NCBI RefSeq assembly: GCF_003334385.1
Contig: NZ_QOWN01000025.1
Origin: Escherichia coli
GTDB lineage: Bacteria; Pseudomonadota; Gammaproteobacteria; Enterobacterales; Enterobacteriaceae
DNA: 64,000 bases
Reading direction: 5' to 3' (one strand)
Part shown: one piece after another, positions 50,444 through 63,753 of the stretch
How positions within the stretch are numbered: the first letter of the stretch is position 1
Layout: each line of letters starts with the position of its first letter
Notes under the pieces: generated by a model
What the model was told of the DNA's origin: nothing
Databases searched by the model: none
What the model saw: only the letters and a program-made list of their open reading frames with translations
Made by a program: the position numbers and the translations under genes

Positions 50444-51295
50444 ATGAGTAGTTTGTTGTTGTTTAACGATAAGAGTAGGGCACTGCAGGCGGATATCGTC
50501 GCCGTGCAGTCGCAGGTGGTTTACGGCAGCGTGGGCAACAGCATTGCCGTGCCTGCTATCAAACAGAACGGCCTGAATGTCTTTGCCGTGCCGACGGTAT
50601 TGCTGAGCAATACGCCGCATTATGACACTTTCTACGGTGGTGCGATTCCGGACGAATGGTTTAGCGGCTATTTGCGTGCGCTTCAGGAGCGTGATGCGCT
50701 GCGCCAACTTCGTGCTGTAACCACGGGCTATATGGGAACGGCATCGCAAATCAAAATCCTTGCCGAGTGGCTGACTGCGCTACGCAAAGACCATCCTGAC
50801 CTATTGATCATGGTCGATCCGGTGATTGGCGATATTGATAGCGGAATTTATGTCAAACCTGACCTTCCCGAAGCGTATCGACAATATTTACTGCCGCTGG
50901 CGCAGGGAATTACCCCCAATATCTTTGAGTTGGAAATCCTGACCGGTAAAAATTGCCGCGATCTCGACAGTGCCATTGCTGCCGCAAAAAGTCTGCTTTC
51001 AGACACATTAAAATGGGTGGTGGTTACCAGCGCCTCCGGTAATGAAGAAAATCAGGAGATGCAGGTTGTGGTGGTCACTGCCGACAGCGTGAATGTCATT
51101 TCCCATTCACGGGTAAAAACCGACCTGAAAGGGACTGGCGACCTGTTTTGTGCTCAGCTCATCAGTGGCTTGCTGAAAGGGAAGGCGTTAACCGATGCAG
51201 TGCACCGAGCGGGGTTGCGCGTACTGGAAGTGATGCGCTACACCCAGCAGCATGAGAGCGATGAATTGATTTTGCCGCCGCTGGCGGAAGCATAA
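50444..51295 (+). CDS. pdxK: pyridoxal/pyridoxine/pyridoxamine kinase
   Basis: 283 aa; ribokinase-like fold. Confidence 0.93.
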   Translation: MSSLLLFNDKSRALQADIVAVQSQVVYGSVGNSIAVPAIKQNGLNVFAVPTVLLSNTPHYDTFYGGAIPDEWFSGYLRALQERDALRQLRAVTTGYMGTASQIKILAEWLTALRKDHPDLLIMVDPVIGDIDSGIYVKPDLPEAYRQYLLPLAQGITPNIFELEILTGKNCRDLDSAIAAAKSLLSDTLKWVVVTSASGNEENQEMQVVVVTADSVNVISHSRVKTDLKGTGDLFCAQLISGLLKGKALTDAVHRAGLRVLEVMRYTQQHESDELILPPLAEA

Positions 51296-51325
51296 AAAAA
51301 TGGCGCCGATGGGCGCCATTTTTCA
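51295..51325. terminator. bidirectional rho-independent terminator (pdxK / crr)
   Basis: aaaaaaatggcgccgatgggcgccattttt: perfect GC stem flanked by A and T tracts between convergent genes. Confidence 0.85.
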
Positions 51326-51337
51326 CTGCGGCAAGAA

Positions 51338-51847
51338 TTACTTCTTGATGCGGATAACCGGGGTTTCACCCACGGTTACGCTACCGGACAGTTTGATCAG
51401 TTCTTTGATTTCGTCCATGTTGGAGATAACAACCGGAGTCAGGGTAGACTTGGCTTTCTCTTCCAGCAGCGGCAGATCAAATTCAATGACAGTATCGCCA
51501 ACTTTCACGCGCTGACCTTCTTCAGCAATACGCTTGAAGCCTTCGCCTTTCAGTTCAACGGTGTCGATACCGAAGTGGACGAACAGTTCAACGCCGCTAT
51601 CAGATTCGATAGAGAATGCGTGGTTGGTTTCAAAGATTTTACCAATGGTGCCGTCTACTGGCGCGACCATTTTGTTACCCGTTGGTTTGATAGCAATACC
51701 ATCACCAACGATTTTTTCCGCAAAAACGACATCCGGCACGTCTTCGATATTGACGATCTCGCCAGAGAGCGGAGCAATGATCTCAATAGTTCCGGTATCC
51801 TTCTTGTCGTCGGAAACCAGAGATTTCAGTTTATCGAACAAACCCAT
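51338..51847 (-). CDS. crr: PTS glucose-specific EIIA (EIIA-Glc)
   Basis: 169 aa; matches Crr. Confidence 0.97.
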
Positions 51848-51887
51848 GATCTTCTCCTAAGCAGTAAATTGGGCCGCATCTCGTGGA

Positions 51888-53615
51888 TTAGCAGATTGTT
51901 TTTTCTTCAATGAACTTGTTAACCAGCGTCATTAACTCGTCCGTTGTCGGTTGAGCAAGAGCCTGCTCTGCTAACACCTTCGCATCTTCGAAGTTCGTGT
52001 TACGGATAATCTTCTTAATGCGCGGGATAGAAATGGCGCTCATAGAGAATTCGTCCAGACCCATCCCCAGCAACAGAAGTGTAGCACGTTCATCGCCAGC
52101 AAGCTCACCACACATGCCAGTCCATTTGCCTTCAGCATGAGAAGCATCAATAACTTGCTTGATCAAGTTCAGCACGGACGGTGACATTGGCTGGTAAAGG
52201 TGTGAAATCATATCATTACCACGGTCAACTGCCAGAGTGTACTGCGTTAAATCATTGGTGCCGATACTAAAGAAATCAACTTCTTTGGCTAAATGACGTG
52301 CAATTGTTGCGGCAGCCGGTGTTTCCACCATTACGCCGATTTCAATTGACTCGTCAAACGCTTTACCTTCGTCGCGCAGTTCCTGTTTGTAGATTTCGAT
52401 CTCTTTGCGCAGTGCACGCACTTCTTCAACAGAGATGATCATCGGGAACATAATGCGCAATTTACCGAAAGCCGAGGCACGCAGGATAGCGCGGAGCTGA
52501 TCGCGCAGGATCTCTCTACGATCCATCGCGATACGGATAGCGCGCCAGCCGAGGAACGGGTTCTCTTCTTTCGGGAAGTTCATGTATGGCAGCTCTTTGT
52601 CGCCGCCGATGTCCATGGTACGAACGATAACCGCTTGCGAGCCACACGCTTCAGCCACTGCTTTGTAAGCAGCAAACTGTTCTTCTTCAGTGGGCAGTGC
52701 GTCGCGGTCCATGAACAGGAACTCAGTACGATACAGACCAACGCCTTCAGCGCCGTTACGCTCTGCACCTTCAACGTCACGAACCGTACCAATGTTAGCG
52801 CATACTTCTACCTGGTGACCGTCCAGCGTAATAGCTGGCAGATCTTTCAGTTTAGCAAGCTCTGCTTTTTCAGAAGCCACTTGCTCCTGAACAGCGCGCA
52901 TTTTATCAATAACTTCGTTGGTTGGATTGACGTAAACCTGATTATTTACGGCATCCAGAATCAGATAGTCGTCATTTTTCACCTGAGAGGTGACGCTACC
53001 GGTACCCACGATAGCAGGTAGTTCCAGAGAACGCGCCATGATAGAGGTGTGGGAAGTACGGCCACCCGCGTCGGTGATGAAACCCAGCACCTTCTTCAGG
53101 TTCAGCTGTGCGGTTTCGGACGGCGTCAGGTCAGCGGCAACCAGAATGACTTCATCCTGAATGGCGCTCAGGTCGATAATCTTCAGGCCCAGGATGTTGC
53201 GCAGCAGGCGCTTACCGATATCACGTACGTCAGCCGCACGTTCTTTCAGGTATTCATCATCCAGCTCTTCCAGGGCAGAAGCCTGACCTTCGATAACTTC
53301 ATGAGCAGCTGCGTCAGCTGTCATGTGCTTATCTTTAATCAGGGCTATGATTTCCTGCTCCAGCTCCTCATCTTCGAGCAGCATAATATGCCCTTCAAAG
53401 ATGGCTTCTTTTTCTTCACCGAACGTTTCACCAGCTTTCGTTTTGATCGTTTCCAGCTGGGCTGATGCCTTGGCACGACCGCTCAGAAAACGTTCAACTT
53501 CCTGATCAACCTGGTCGGCAGAAATTTTTTTCCGGTCAATGACAATTTCGTCTTCTTTCAGAAGCAGAGCTTTACCGAAAGCGATACCCGGGGATGCTAA
53601 AATGCCTGAAATCAT
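51888..53615 (-). CDS. ptsI: PTS enzyme I
   Basis: 575 aa; matches PtsI. Confidence 0.97.
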   Translation of the reverse strand: MISGILASPGIAFGKALLLKEDEIVIDRKKISADQVDQEVERFLSGRAKASAQLETIKTKAGETFGEEKEAIFEGHIMLLEDEELEQEIIALIKDKHMTADAAAHEVIEGQASALEELDDEYLKERAADVRDIGKRLLRNILGLKIIDLSAIQDEVILVAADLTPSETAQLNLKKVLGFITDAGGRTSHTSIMARSLELPAIVGTGSVTSQVKNDDYLILDAVNNQVYVNPTNEVIDKMRAVQEQVASEKAELAKLKDLPAITLDGHQVEVCANIGTVRDVEGAERNGAEGVGLYRTEFLFMDRDALPTEEEQFAAYKAVAEACGSQAVIVRTMDIGGDKELPYMNFPKEENPFLGWRAIRIAMDRREILRDQLRAILRASAFGKLRIMFPMIISVEEVRALRKEIEIYKQELRDEGKAFDESIEIGVMVETPAAATIARHLAKEVDFFSIGTNDLTQYTLAVDRGNDMISHLYQPMSPSVLNLIKQVIDASHAEGKWTGMCGELAGDERATLLLLGMGLDEFSMSAISIPRIKKIIRNTNFEDAKVLAEQALAQPTTDELMTLVNKFIEEKTIC

Positions 53616-53659
53616 AACCCTACCTTACTTGTGACTGATTTTTAAAAGAACCCGGGAAA

Positions 53660-53917
53660 TTACTCGAGTTCCGCCATCAGTTTAACCAGATGTTCAACCG
53701 CTTTCTGCTCGTCTTCGCCTTCTGCGGAGATAGTCACAACGGTACCTTGAGTCAGGCCCAGAGTCTGCAGTTTAAACAGGCTTTTCGCGCTGGCGCTTTT
53801 GCCGTTGGAAGTCACAGTAATTTCAGAAGTGAAGCCCTTAGCTTCTTTTACAAACTGGGCAGCAGGGCGGGTGTGCAGACCGTTCGGAGCGGTAATGGTA
53901 ACTTCTTGCTGGAACAT
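53660..53917 (-). CDS. ptsH: phosphocarrier protein HPr
   Basis: 85 aa [23 protein letters not shown]... Confidence 0.97.
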
Positions 53918-54250
53918 TGTATTTCCCCAACTTATAGGTTTAGTGTTGTGGAACTAAAGTCTAGCCTGGCGGTTCGACTTTAGCCTGTATTGTTAGCGCC
54001 AGTTTTTAACAGACGCGACGCACGAAGAGCGCAATACAGTCCATTGCTGGCGGGTGTTGACCGCTGACGTTTCGTACGTCATTAAACATTATGCCGCTAA
54101 AGGAAGAATTGAACCAAATCATAAAATCGATTCAGCTTTGGCTTTTCCTGTAACGATTAATTTCGCGCATCAAAATAATTAGTCTGGTTAAATACCAGTT
54201 CCGACAGGCTGAATCAATGCCAGGAGGGGCGAAAGTTTGAAGCAGGCCAC
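53918..54250 (-). promoter_or_regulatory. ptsHI-crr promoter region (CRP/Mlc-regulated in E. coli)
   Basis: 333-bp untranslated region upstream of ptsH; assignment from established knowledge, individual sites not resolved. Confidence 0.4.
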
Positions 54251-54279
54251 AAAAAAGCACCTAAAAAGGTGCTTTTTTA
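54251..54279. terminator. rho-independent terminator downstream of cysK
   Basis: aaaaaagcacctaaaaaggtgctttttt hairpin adjacent to the cysK stop. Confidence 0.8.
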
Positions 54280-54300
54280 CGCATTTTTAACAAGCTGGCA

Positions 54301-55272
54301 TTACTGTTGCAATTCTTTCTCAGTGAAGAGATCGGCAAACAATGCGGTGCTTAAATAACGCTCACCCGATGATGGTAGAATAACCACAATATTCTTGTTG
54401 GTAAAGCTTTCATCTTCTTGTAGTTTCAACGCCGCGGCAACAGCTGCTCCAGAAGAGATACCTGCAAGAATACCTTCTTCTTCCATCAGACGACGCGCGG
54501 TAGAAATCGCTTCTTCATTGGTGATGCCAATGACTTTATCGACCAGCTTGAGATCGAGGTTAGCCGGGATAAAACCAGCGCCAATACCCTGAATTTTATG
54601 CGGGCCAGGTTTAATCTCTTCACCTGCCAGCGCCTGGGCGATAACTGGAGAATCGGTTGGCTCAACGGCGACAGAGATAAGATCGGTCTTGCCTTTGGTG
54701 CCTTTAATGTAGCGGCTGACGCCAGTCAGCGTACCGCCAGTCCCAACGCCAGCAATAAATACATCAACCTGACCGTCGGTATCTTCCCATATCTCCAGAC
54801 CGGTGGTCTTTTCGTGAATTTCAGGGTTTGCCGGATTGCTGAATTGTTGCAGCAGCAGGTATTTCTCTGGATTGCTGGCGACAATTTCTTCTGCTTTTTG
54901 GATTGCGCCTTTCATGCCTTTAGCACCTTCCGTCAGCACCAGGTTTGCACCTAACGCTTTCAGCAGCTTGCGGCGTTCAATACTCATGGTTTCTGGCATG
55001 GTCAGGGTGAGTTTGTAACCGCGAGCGGCAGCTACATAGGCCAGTGCAATCCCGGTATTACCGCTGGTCGGTTCAACCAGTTCAACGCCTGGTTTCAGCA
55101 CGCCGCGCTTTTCGGCATCCCAAATCATGTTGGCACCGATACGGCACTTAACGCTGAAGCTGGGGTTACGAGATTCCACCTTCGCCAGAATGCGTCCGTT
55201 ACCGATGCGATTCAGGCGAACCAGCGGCGTGTGACCGATAGTCAGCGAGTTATCTTCAAAAATCTTACTCAT
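54301..55272 (-). CDS. cysK: cysteine synthase A (O-acetylserine sulfhydrylase A)
   Basis: 323 aa; PLP-dependent; matches CysK. Confidence 0.97.
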   Translation of the reverse strand: MSKIFEDNSLTIGHTPLVRLNRIGNGRILAKVESRNPSFSVKCRIGANMIWDAEKRGVLKPGVELVEPTSGNTGIALAYVAAARGYKLTLTMPETMSIERRKLLKALGANLVLTEGAKGMKGAIQKAEEIVASNPEKYLLLQQFSNPANPEIHEKTTGLEIWEDTDGQVDVFIAGVGTGGTLTGVSRYIKGTKGKTDLISVAVEPTDSPVIAQALAGEEIKPGPHKIQGIGAGFIPANLDLKLVDKVIGITNEEAISTARRLMEEEGILAGISSGAAVAAALKLQEDESFTNKNIVVILPSSGERYLSTALFADLFTEKELQQ

Positions 55273-55456
55273 GGCCTGTCCTTAACTGTATGAAATTGGG
55301 ATACAACAGGTAGCATACCCGCTCAGAGAATATGCGGAAGTAAGGATTTAGCATATCTATATACAGAAGGGAAATAATGACATGCAAGATGGAATAAGGG
55401 GCGGCATAAGCCACCCCTGTTTCACACAAACGGTTTACAAAATAACCGGTAGATTG

Positions 55457-56218
55457 TTACCGCCACATCGCGTGTTTATCGCGATAGCAATCGACCCACA
55501 TCGCCGTCGCGCCACAAACGGCAACGGGCATGATGAACAGATTAAGCAGCGGGATCATCGTAAACAGGCTGGTTAAAGCACCAAACTGCATATTGGTGAT
55601 TTTGCGTGTGCGCAGGGCGGTGCGCATCTCTTTAAACGGCACTTTGTGGTTATCGAAGGGGTAATCGCAATACTGGATGGCTAACATCCAGGCGCTAAAC
55701 AGGAACCACAGTACCGGCGCGACGGTTTGCCCAATACCAGGGATGAAGTAAAGAATTAGTAATACAATTGCGCGCGGCAGATACCAGGCAAATTTTTGCC
55801 ATTCGCGTTTCATGATTCGCGGCACATCTTTCATGATACCGAAAATCCCGGTATCTGGCGGTGTAGCGCCAGTCAATCGTGCTTCCAGTTGTTCAGCCAA
55901 TAAACCGTTAAACGGAGCGGCAATCCAGTTAGCAATCGTGGAGAAGAAATAGCCAAACACTAACAGCACAGAGATGACAGCCAGAGGCCACAACAGATAA
56001 CTCAGCCATTGTAGCCAGTCCGGAACGTAACTCATGAGAGTCGGGATCCAGACATCGAGCTGTGTAAAGAGCCACCAGAATGCGCCCCCCATCAACAAAA
56101 TATTGACCAGCAGCGGTAAAATAACGAAACGCCGAATCCCAGGTTGCGAGACGAGCTTCCAGCCTTGCGCAAAATAGTAAAAACCGCTGCGTGGGGCAGA
56201 TGTGAATGATGAAACCAT
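55457..56218 (-). CDS. cysZ: sulfate transporter CysZ
   Basis: 253 aa membrane protein. Confidence 0.93.
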
Positions 56219-56447
56219 AATCAGGATGAGCTCCTTTTGACCAATCCCAGGAAAATTCTGCGTATTTTACCGGGTAATTGCGCAATGGACAGTTAGGATA
56301 TGTTCGAAAAAACAGCAAAAAGCACGATTTCATCTATCTTTGTGCTGTGAAAGTTAATAGTGCACTTGCACTTGAGGTAATCGGCAAATACTCTTAGTGA
56401 GTAAATGTTTGCCGTGGTGGCAAGGTGTTAGAACAACAGAGAATATA

Positions 56448-57434
56448 ATGATGCAGGATTTGCGTCTGATATTAATCATTGTTGGCGCGATCGCCATAAT
56501 CGCTTTACTGGTACATGGTTTCTGGACCAGCCGTAAAGAACGATCTTCTATGTTCCGCGATCGGCCATTAAAACGAATGAAGTCAAAACGTGACGACGAT
56601 TCTTATGACGAGGATGTCGAAGATGATGAGGGCGTTGGTGAGGTTCGTGTTCACCGCGTGAATCATGCCCCGGCTAACGCTCAGGAGCATGAGGCTGCTC
56701 GTCCGTCGCCGCAACACCAGTACCAACCGCCTTATGCGTCTGCGCAGCCGCGTCAACCGGTCCAGCAGCCGCCTGAAGCGCAGGTACCGCCGCAACATGC
56801 TCCGCATCCAGCGCAGCCGGTGCAGCAGCCTGCCTATCAGCCGCAGCCTGAACAGCCGTTGCAGCAGCCAGTTTCGCCACAGGTCGCGCCAGCGCCGCAG
56901 CCTGTGCATTCAGCACCGCAACCGGCACAACAGGCTTTCCAGCCTGCAGAACCCGTAGCGGCACCACAGCCTGAGCCTGTAGCGGAACCTGCTCCAGTTA
57001 TGGATAAACCGAAGCGCAAAGAAGCGGTGATTATCATGAACGTCGCGGCGCATCACGGTAGCGAGCTAAACGGTGAACTGCTTCTTAACAGCATTCAACA
57101 AGCGGGCTTCATTTTTGGCGATATGAATATTTACCATCGTCATCTTAGCCCGGATGGCAGCGGCCCGGCGTTATTCAGCCTGGCGAATATGGTGAAACCG
57201 GGAACCTTTGATCCTGAAATGAAGGATTTCACTACTCCGGGTGTCACTATCTTTATGCAGGTACCGTCTTACGGTGACGAGCTGCAGAACTTCAAGCTGA
57301 TGCTGCAATCTGCGCAGCATATTGCCGATGAAGTGGGCGGTGTCGTGCTTGACGATCAGCGCCGTATGATGACTCCGCAGAAATTGCGCGAGTACCAGGA
57401 CATCATCCGCGAAGTCAAAGACGCCAACGCCTGA
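56448..57434 (+). CDS. zipA: cell division protein ZipA
   Basis: ORF 56397..57434; Met at 56448 gives 328 aa; N-terminal TM, P/Q-rich linker, C-terminal FtsZ-binding domain. Confidence 0.93.
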
Positions 57435-57465
57435 TACACTTAAGGCAAATTAACTCCTCTTCGAA

Positions 57466-57487
57466 CCCCCGCTTGTCGGGGGTTTTT
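57466..57487 (+). terminator. possible attenuator/terminator hairpin between zipA and ligA
   Basis: cccccgcttgtcgggggttttt. Confidence 0.45.
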
Positions 57488-57495
57488 AGCATTGA

Positions 57496-59520
<2,025 letters not shown>

Positions 59521-59521
59521 G

Positions 59522-59740
59522 ATGGAAAAAGAGCAGCTGATTGAAATAGCCAATACGATAATGCCGTTTGGCAAATACAAAGGGCGTCGCTTAATCGACC
59601 TGCCGGAGGAGTATCTGCTGTGGTTTGCCCGCAAAGATGAGTTCCCGGCAGGGAAGCTCGGTGAGCTAATGCAAATCACGCTGCTGATTAAAACCGAGGG
59701 GCTGACGCAACTGGTCCAGCCCCTGAAGCGTCCGCTTTAA
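59522..59740 (+). CDS. ypeB: DUF3820 small protein YpeB
   Basis: ORF 59429..59740; Met at 59522 gives 72 aa (MEKEQLIEIANTIMPFGKYKGRRL...). Confidence 0.85.
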   Translation: MEKEQLIEIANTIMPFGKYKGRRLIDLPEEYLLWFARKDEFPAGKLGELMQITLLIKTEGLTQLVQPLKRPL

Positions 59741-60735
59741 GCTTTATCGGCGCTGCTTTCCTGCTGCGCCTGTAACTGTTCGGTCTGGCGTTTGTATCGA
59801 CGCGCCAGCACCGCACAGACCATCAATTGGATCTGATGGAAAATCATCAGGGGCAGCACCATCATACCGATCACCGATGTGGGGAACAGAATGTTTGCCA
59901 TCGGGATGCCATTTGCCAGACTCTTTTTCGAACCACAAAAGACGATAGTAATTTCATCTGCCTTATTGAAGCTCAGTCGGCGTGCCATAAAGACGTTAAC
60001 TACAATCACGATAGCCAGAAGAACGCAGCTGACCACCACGATAAACAGCAATGATCCCCAGCCAACTTTATGCCAGATACCATTAACGACGGCTTCGCTG
60101 AACGCTGTATAAACCACCAACAGAATGGACGTCTGGTCAGTTTTCGCAATCCATTTTTTATTGCGCGACACCCAGTCACCAATCCACGGCCGGGAAAGAT
60201 GCCCCAACACAAACGGCAGCAGCAGTTGCAGCATAATTTTACCGACCTGCTCAAGGCTGCCCCCTGCACCGTGAACATTCATCACCAGACCAACCAGCAA
60301 TGGTGAAAGGAAAATCCCCAGCAGGCTGGATGCCGACGCAGAACAAACCGCTGCCGCGACGTTACCGCCCGCCATTGACGTGAAGGCGATTGCAGACTGC
60401 ACGGTAGCCGGGAGAATGCACAAGTAGAGAAAACCGGAGTAGAGCATCGGGTCGACATTTACCGGTTTCCACCAGGCAAACAGTACACCCAGAATCGGAA
60501 ACAGCACGAAGGTGCTGCACATTACCCACAAATGCAGTCGCCAGTGACCACCGCCAGCAATAATCGCCTCACGCGACAACTTCGCGCCGTGCATAAAGAA
60601 CAGCAGGGCAATAGCTGCGGTGGTCAGATTTTCAAAGAAGGGGACGAAATCGCCTCTGGCCGGAAAGAAAGAGGCCAGCAACACCACCGTGATCAGGGTT
60701 AAGGTGAAAGGATCGAGGATACGAAAAAGTTTCAT
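59737..60735 (-). CDS. yfeH: bile acid:sodium symporter-family membrane protein YfeH
   Basis: 332 aa polytopic membrane protein. Confidence 0.9.
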   Translation of the reverse strand: MKLFRILDPFTLTLITVVLLASFFPARGDFVPFFENLTTAAIALLFFMHGAKLSREAIIAGGGHWRLHLWVMCSTFVLFPILGVLFAWWKPVNVDPMLYSGFLYLCILPATVQSAIAFTSMAGGNVAAAVCSASASSLLGIFLSPLLVGLVMNVHGAGGSLEQVGKIMLQLLLPFVLGHLSRPWIGDWVSRNKKWIAKTDQTSILLVVYTAFSEAVVNGIWHKVGWGSLLFIVVVSCVLLAIVIVVNVFMARRLSFNKADEITIVFCGSKKSLANGIPMANILFPTSVIGMMVLPLMIFHQIQLMVCAVLARRYKRQTEQLQAQQESSADKA

Positions 60736-60824
60736 AAAGACTCCAGATGATCGATGGTTCTATTGTGCTTCTTCCAGTTTGAGAAATAAAATTGATTTAT
60801 TGCATCCATTCATGAAGAAAACAG

Positions 60825-61100
60825 ATGACTTATTCTTTAAAACAATTAAAGGTTTTCGTCACAGTAGCGCAGGAGAAAAGTTTTAGTCGTGCAGGAGAGC
60901 GTATCGGCCTGAGCCAGTCGGCAGTGAGTCACAGTGTGAAGGAACTGGAAAATCATACTGGTGTTCGCCTGCTGGACAGAACCACGCGTGAAGTGGTGCT
61001 TACAGATGCAGGGCAGCAGCTGGCTTTGCGTCTTGAGCGACTGCTGGATGAACTGAACAGCACGTTGCGCGATACCGGGCGTATGGGGCAACGATTATGA
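60825..61100 (+). pseudogene. yfeR: LysR-family regulator YfeR, truncated to the N-terminal HTH domain (about 91 codons)
   Basis: [42 protein letters not shown]... is a LysR HTH; the ORF stops at a TGA overlapping the xapB ATG; no co-inducer-binding domain follows. Confidence 0.8.
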
Positions 61101-62353
61101 GCATCGCGATGCGCTTAAAGGTAATGTCCTTTTTGCAATATTTTATCTGGGGGAGCTGGCTGGTTACCCTCGGCTCTTACATGATTAATACTCTTCATTT
61201 CACCGGCGCTAATGTTGGCATGGTTTACAGTTCCAAAGGGATCGCCGCGATTATTATGCCTGGTATAATGGGGATCATCGCAGACAAATGGCTGCGCGCA
61301 GAACGTGCATACATGCTGTGTCACCTGGTGTGTGCGGGCGTACTTTTTTATGCGGCATCCGTAACTGATCCGGATATGATGTTTTGGGTGATGTTAGTCA
61401 ATGCGATGGCGTTTATGCCGACTATTGCGTTATCGAACAGCGTCTCTTATTCCTGTCTTGCCCAGGCAGGGCTTGACCCGGTGACCGCTTTCCCGCCCAT
61501 TCGCGTTTTTGGTACGGTGGGGTTCATTGTCGCGATGTGGGCAGTAAGCCTGCTGCATCTGGAATTGAGTAGTCTGCAGCTGTATATCGCGTCCGGTGCG
61601 TCATTGCTGCTGTCGGCTTATGCGCTGACTTTGCCGAAGATTCCGGTTGCGGAGAAAAAAGCGACCACATCGCTTGCCAGCAAGCTGGGTCTGGATGCCT
61701 TCGTGCTGTTTAAAAATCCACGCATGGCCATCTTTTTCCTCTTTGCCATGATGCTGGGTGCGGTACTGCAAATTACCAACGTTTTTGGTAATCCGTTCCT
61801 ACATGATTTCGCCCGTAACCCGGAGTTTGCTGACAGTTTTGTGGTGAAATATCCCTCCATTTTACTGTCAGTTTCACAGATGGCAGAAGTGGGCTTTATA
61901 CTGACTATCCCATTCTTTTTAAAGCGATTTGGCATTAAAACCGTCATGCTGATGAGTATGGTGGCCTGGACGCTGCGCTTTGGCTTCTTCGCCTATGGCG
62001 ATCCGTCAACAACCGGATTTATTTTGCTGCTGCTGTCGATGATTGTTTATGGCTGTGCATTCGATTTCTTCAATATTTCTGGTTCGGTATTTGTCGAACA
62101 GGAAGTTGATTCCAGCATTCGTGCCAGCGCGCAGGGGCTCTTTATGACCATGGTAAATGGTGTCGGCGCATGGGTTGGCTCGATTCTGAGTGGCATGGCA
62201 GTAGATTACTTTTCGGTGGATGGCGTAAAAGACTGGCAAACTATCTGGCTGGTGTTTGCAGGATATGCTCTTTTTCTCGCAGTGATATTTTTCTTTGGGT
62301 TTAAATATAATCATGACCCTGAAAAGATAAAGCATCGAGCGGTGACTCATTAA
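61097..62353 (+). CDS. xapB: xanthosine permease (NupG-family nucleoside:H+ symporter)
   Basis: 418 aa; NupG-like sequence immediately upstream of xapR. Confidence 0.88.
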   Translation: MSIAMRLKVMSFLQYFIWGSWLVTLGSYMINTLHFTGANVGMVYSSKGIAAIIMPGIMGIIADKWLRAERAYMLCHLVCAGVLFYAASVTDPDMMFWVMLVNAMAFMPTIALSNSVSYSCLAQAGLDPVTAFPPIRVFGTVGFIVAMWAVSLLHLELSSLQLYIASGASLLLSAYALTLPKIPVAEKKATTSLASKLGLDAFVLFKNPRMAIFFLFAMMLGAVLQITNVFGNPFLHDFARNPEFADSFVVKYPSILLSVSQMAEVGFILTIPFFLKRFGIKTVMLMSMVAWTLRFGFFAYGDPSTTGFILLLLSMIVYGCAFDFFNISGSVFVEQEVDSSIRASAQGLFMTMVNGVGAWVGSILSGMAVDYFSVDGVKDWQTIWLVFAGYALFLAVIFFFGFKYNHDPEKIKHRAVTH

Positions 62354-62405
62354 AAGGATTCGCGGCTCTGCTCTTCAGAGCTGCTTTTATGATAAAGGTT
62401 AATTA

Positions 62406-62564
62406 GTGAAAGATATTTTATTTTCTTCCGGCGTTGGTTTTGGTATTGGTGCTTTGTTTACAATCGTGCGCTTGCCTATTCCTGTACCAAATGTATTACC
62501 GGGTATATTATCCATTGTGTTTATGTATGTCGGATATCTGGTGGTGAAATACTTTATGCCATGA
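62406..62564 (+). CDS. candidate small hydrophobic protein (52 aa, GTG start) between xapB and xapR
   Basis: gtg...tga encoding VKDILFSSGVGFGIGALFTIVRLPIPVPNVLPGILSIVFMYVGYLVVKYFMP; weak SD aaagg 7 nt upstream; too short for the supplied ORF track. Confidence 0.35.
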   Translation: MKDILFSSGVGFGIGALFTIVRLPIPVPNVLPGILSIVFMYVGYLVVKYFMP

Positions 62565-62604
62565 TAATTTAATACGATGTATTTATTATATGGAGCACTT
62601 AATT

Positions 62605-63489
62605 ATGGAACGCGTATACAGAACAGATCTTAAGTTGCTCCGTTATTTTCTTGCCGTAGCGGAAGAGTTGCATTTTGGCCGCGCAGCAGCGCGTTTAAAT
62701 ATGTCTCAGCCTCCGCTCAGCATTCATATTAAAGAGCTGGAAAATCAACTCGGCACGCAGCTTTTTATTCGCCATTCGCGCAGCGTCGTACTGACACACG
62801 CGGGCAAAATCTTGATGGAAGAATCGCGTCGATTGCTGGTGAATGCTAATAATGTATTGGCTCGGATTGAACAAATAGGTCGGGGAGAAGCAGGGCGGAT
62901 TGAACTCGGCGTAGTGGGAACGGCAATGTGGGGACGGATGCGCCCGGTTATGCGGCGATTCCTCAGGGAAAATCCTAACGTTGACGTTCTTTTTCGCGAA
63001 AAGATGCCCGCGATGCAAATGGCCTTGCTGGAACGCCGCGAACTTGATGCCGGGATCTGGCGAATGGCGACAGAACCACCGACTGGTTTTACCAGCTTAC
63101 GGTTGCATGAATCGGCGTTTCTGGTGGCGATGCCTGAAGAGCATCATCTCTCATCATTTTCCACCGTCCCGCTGGAAGCGCTACGTGACGAGTATTTTGT
63201 TACAATGCCGCCCGTTTACACTGACTGGGATTTTTTGCAGCGAGTTTGCCAGCAGGTGGGATTTTCACCGGTTGTTATTCGCGAAGTTAATGAACCGCAA
63301 ACGGTACTCGCTATGGTCAGTATGGGCATTGGTATCACATTGATAGCGGACAGCTACGCACAAATGAACTGGCCAGGTGTCATTTTCCGTCCGCTCAAAC
63401 AGCGCATCCCTGCAGATTTATATATTGTTTATGAAACACAGCAGGTGACGCCCGCGATGGTTAAGCTGTTGGCTGCATTGACACAGTAG
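62605..63489 (+). CDS. xapR: LysR-family xanthosine-responsive activator XapR
   Basis: ORF 62590..63489; Met at 62605 gives 294 aa (MERVYRTDLKLLRYFLAVAEELHFGRAA...). Confidence 0.9.
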   Translation: MERVYRTDLKLLRYFLAVAEELHFGRAAARLNMSQPPLSIHIKELENQLGTQLFIRHSRSVVLTHAGKILMEESRRLLVNANNVLARIEQIGRGEAGRIELGVVGTAMWGRMRPVMRRFLRENPNVDVLFREKMPAMQMALLERRELDAGIWRMATEPPTGFTSLRLHESAFLVAMPEEHHLSSFSTVPLEALRDEYFVTMPPVYTDWDFLQRVCQQVGFSPVVIREVNEPQTVLAMVSMGIGITLIADSYAQMNWPGVIFRPLKQRIPADLYIVYETQQVTPAMVKLLAALTQ

Positions 63490-63565
63490 GTGAGGAGACA
63501 GGAATTGCCGGAAATAGTAGTCTGCTAAGTGAAGCGCATCAGGCAATTTCGCAAATCGCAGATAG

Positions 63566-63594
63566 CAAAAAAGCGCCTTTAGGGCGCTTTTTTA
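63566..63594. terminator. rho-independent terminator hairpin, copy 1
   Basis: aaaaaagcgcctttagggcgctttttt; sits in the duplicated 60-bp unit. Confidence 0.7.
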
Positions 63595-63722
63595 CATTGG
63601 TGGGTCGTGCAGGATGACTCGCTTCGCTCGCCCTTCGGGCCGTCGCCGCGAGCGGCTCCGTTGTTTCGCTGCGCTCAACTCAAACCTGCTGCAGGTTCGA
63701 ATCTTTGAGTATCGCAGATAGT

Positions 63723-63750
63723 AAAAAAGCGCCTTTAGGGCGCTTTTTTA
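63723..63750. terminator. rho-independent terminator of the val-lys tRNA operon, copy 2
   Basis: aaaaaagcgcctttagggcgctttttt immediately 3' of lysV on the minus strand. Confidence 0.8.
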
Positions 63751-63753
63751 CAT

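Noticed and set aside
56700-57000. Repetitive P/Q-rich stretch (QPVQQP...) that could be taken for a nucleotide tandem repeat or low-complexity insert
   Set aside because: It is the well-known flexible proline/glutamine-rich linker of ZipA, in frame within the gene.
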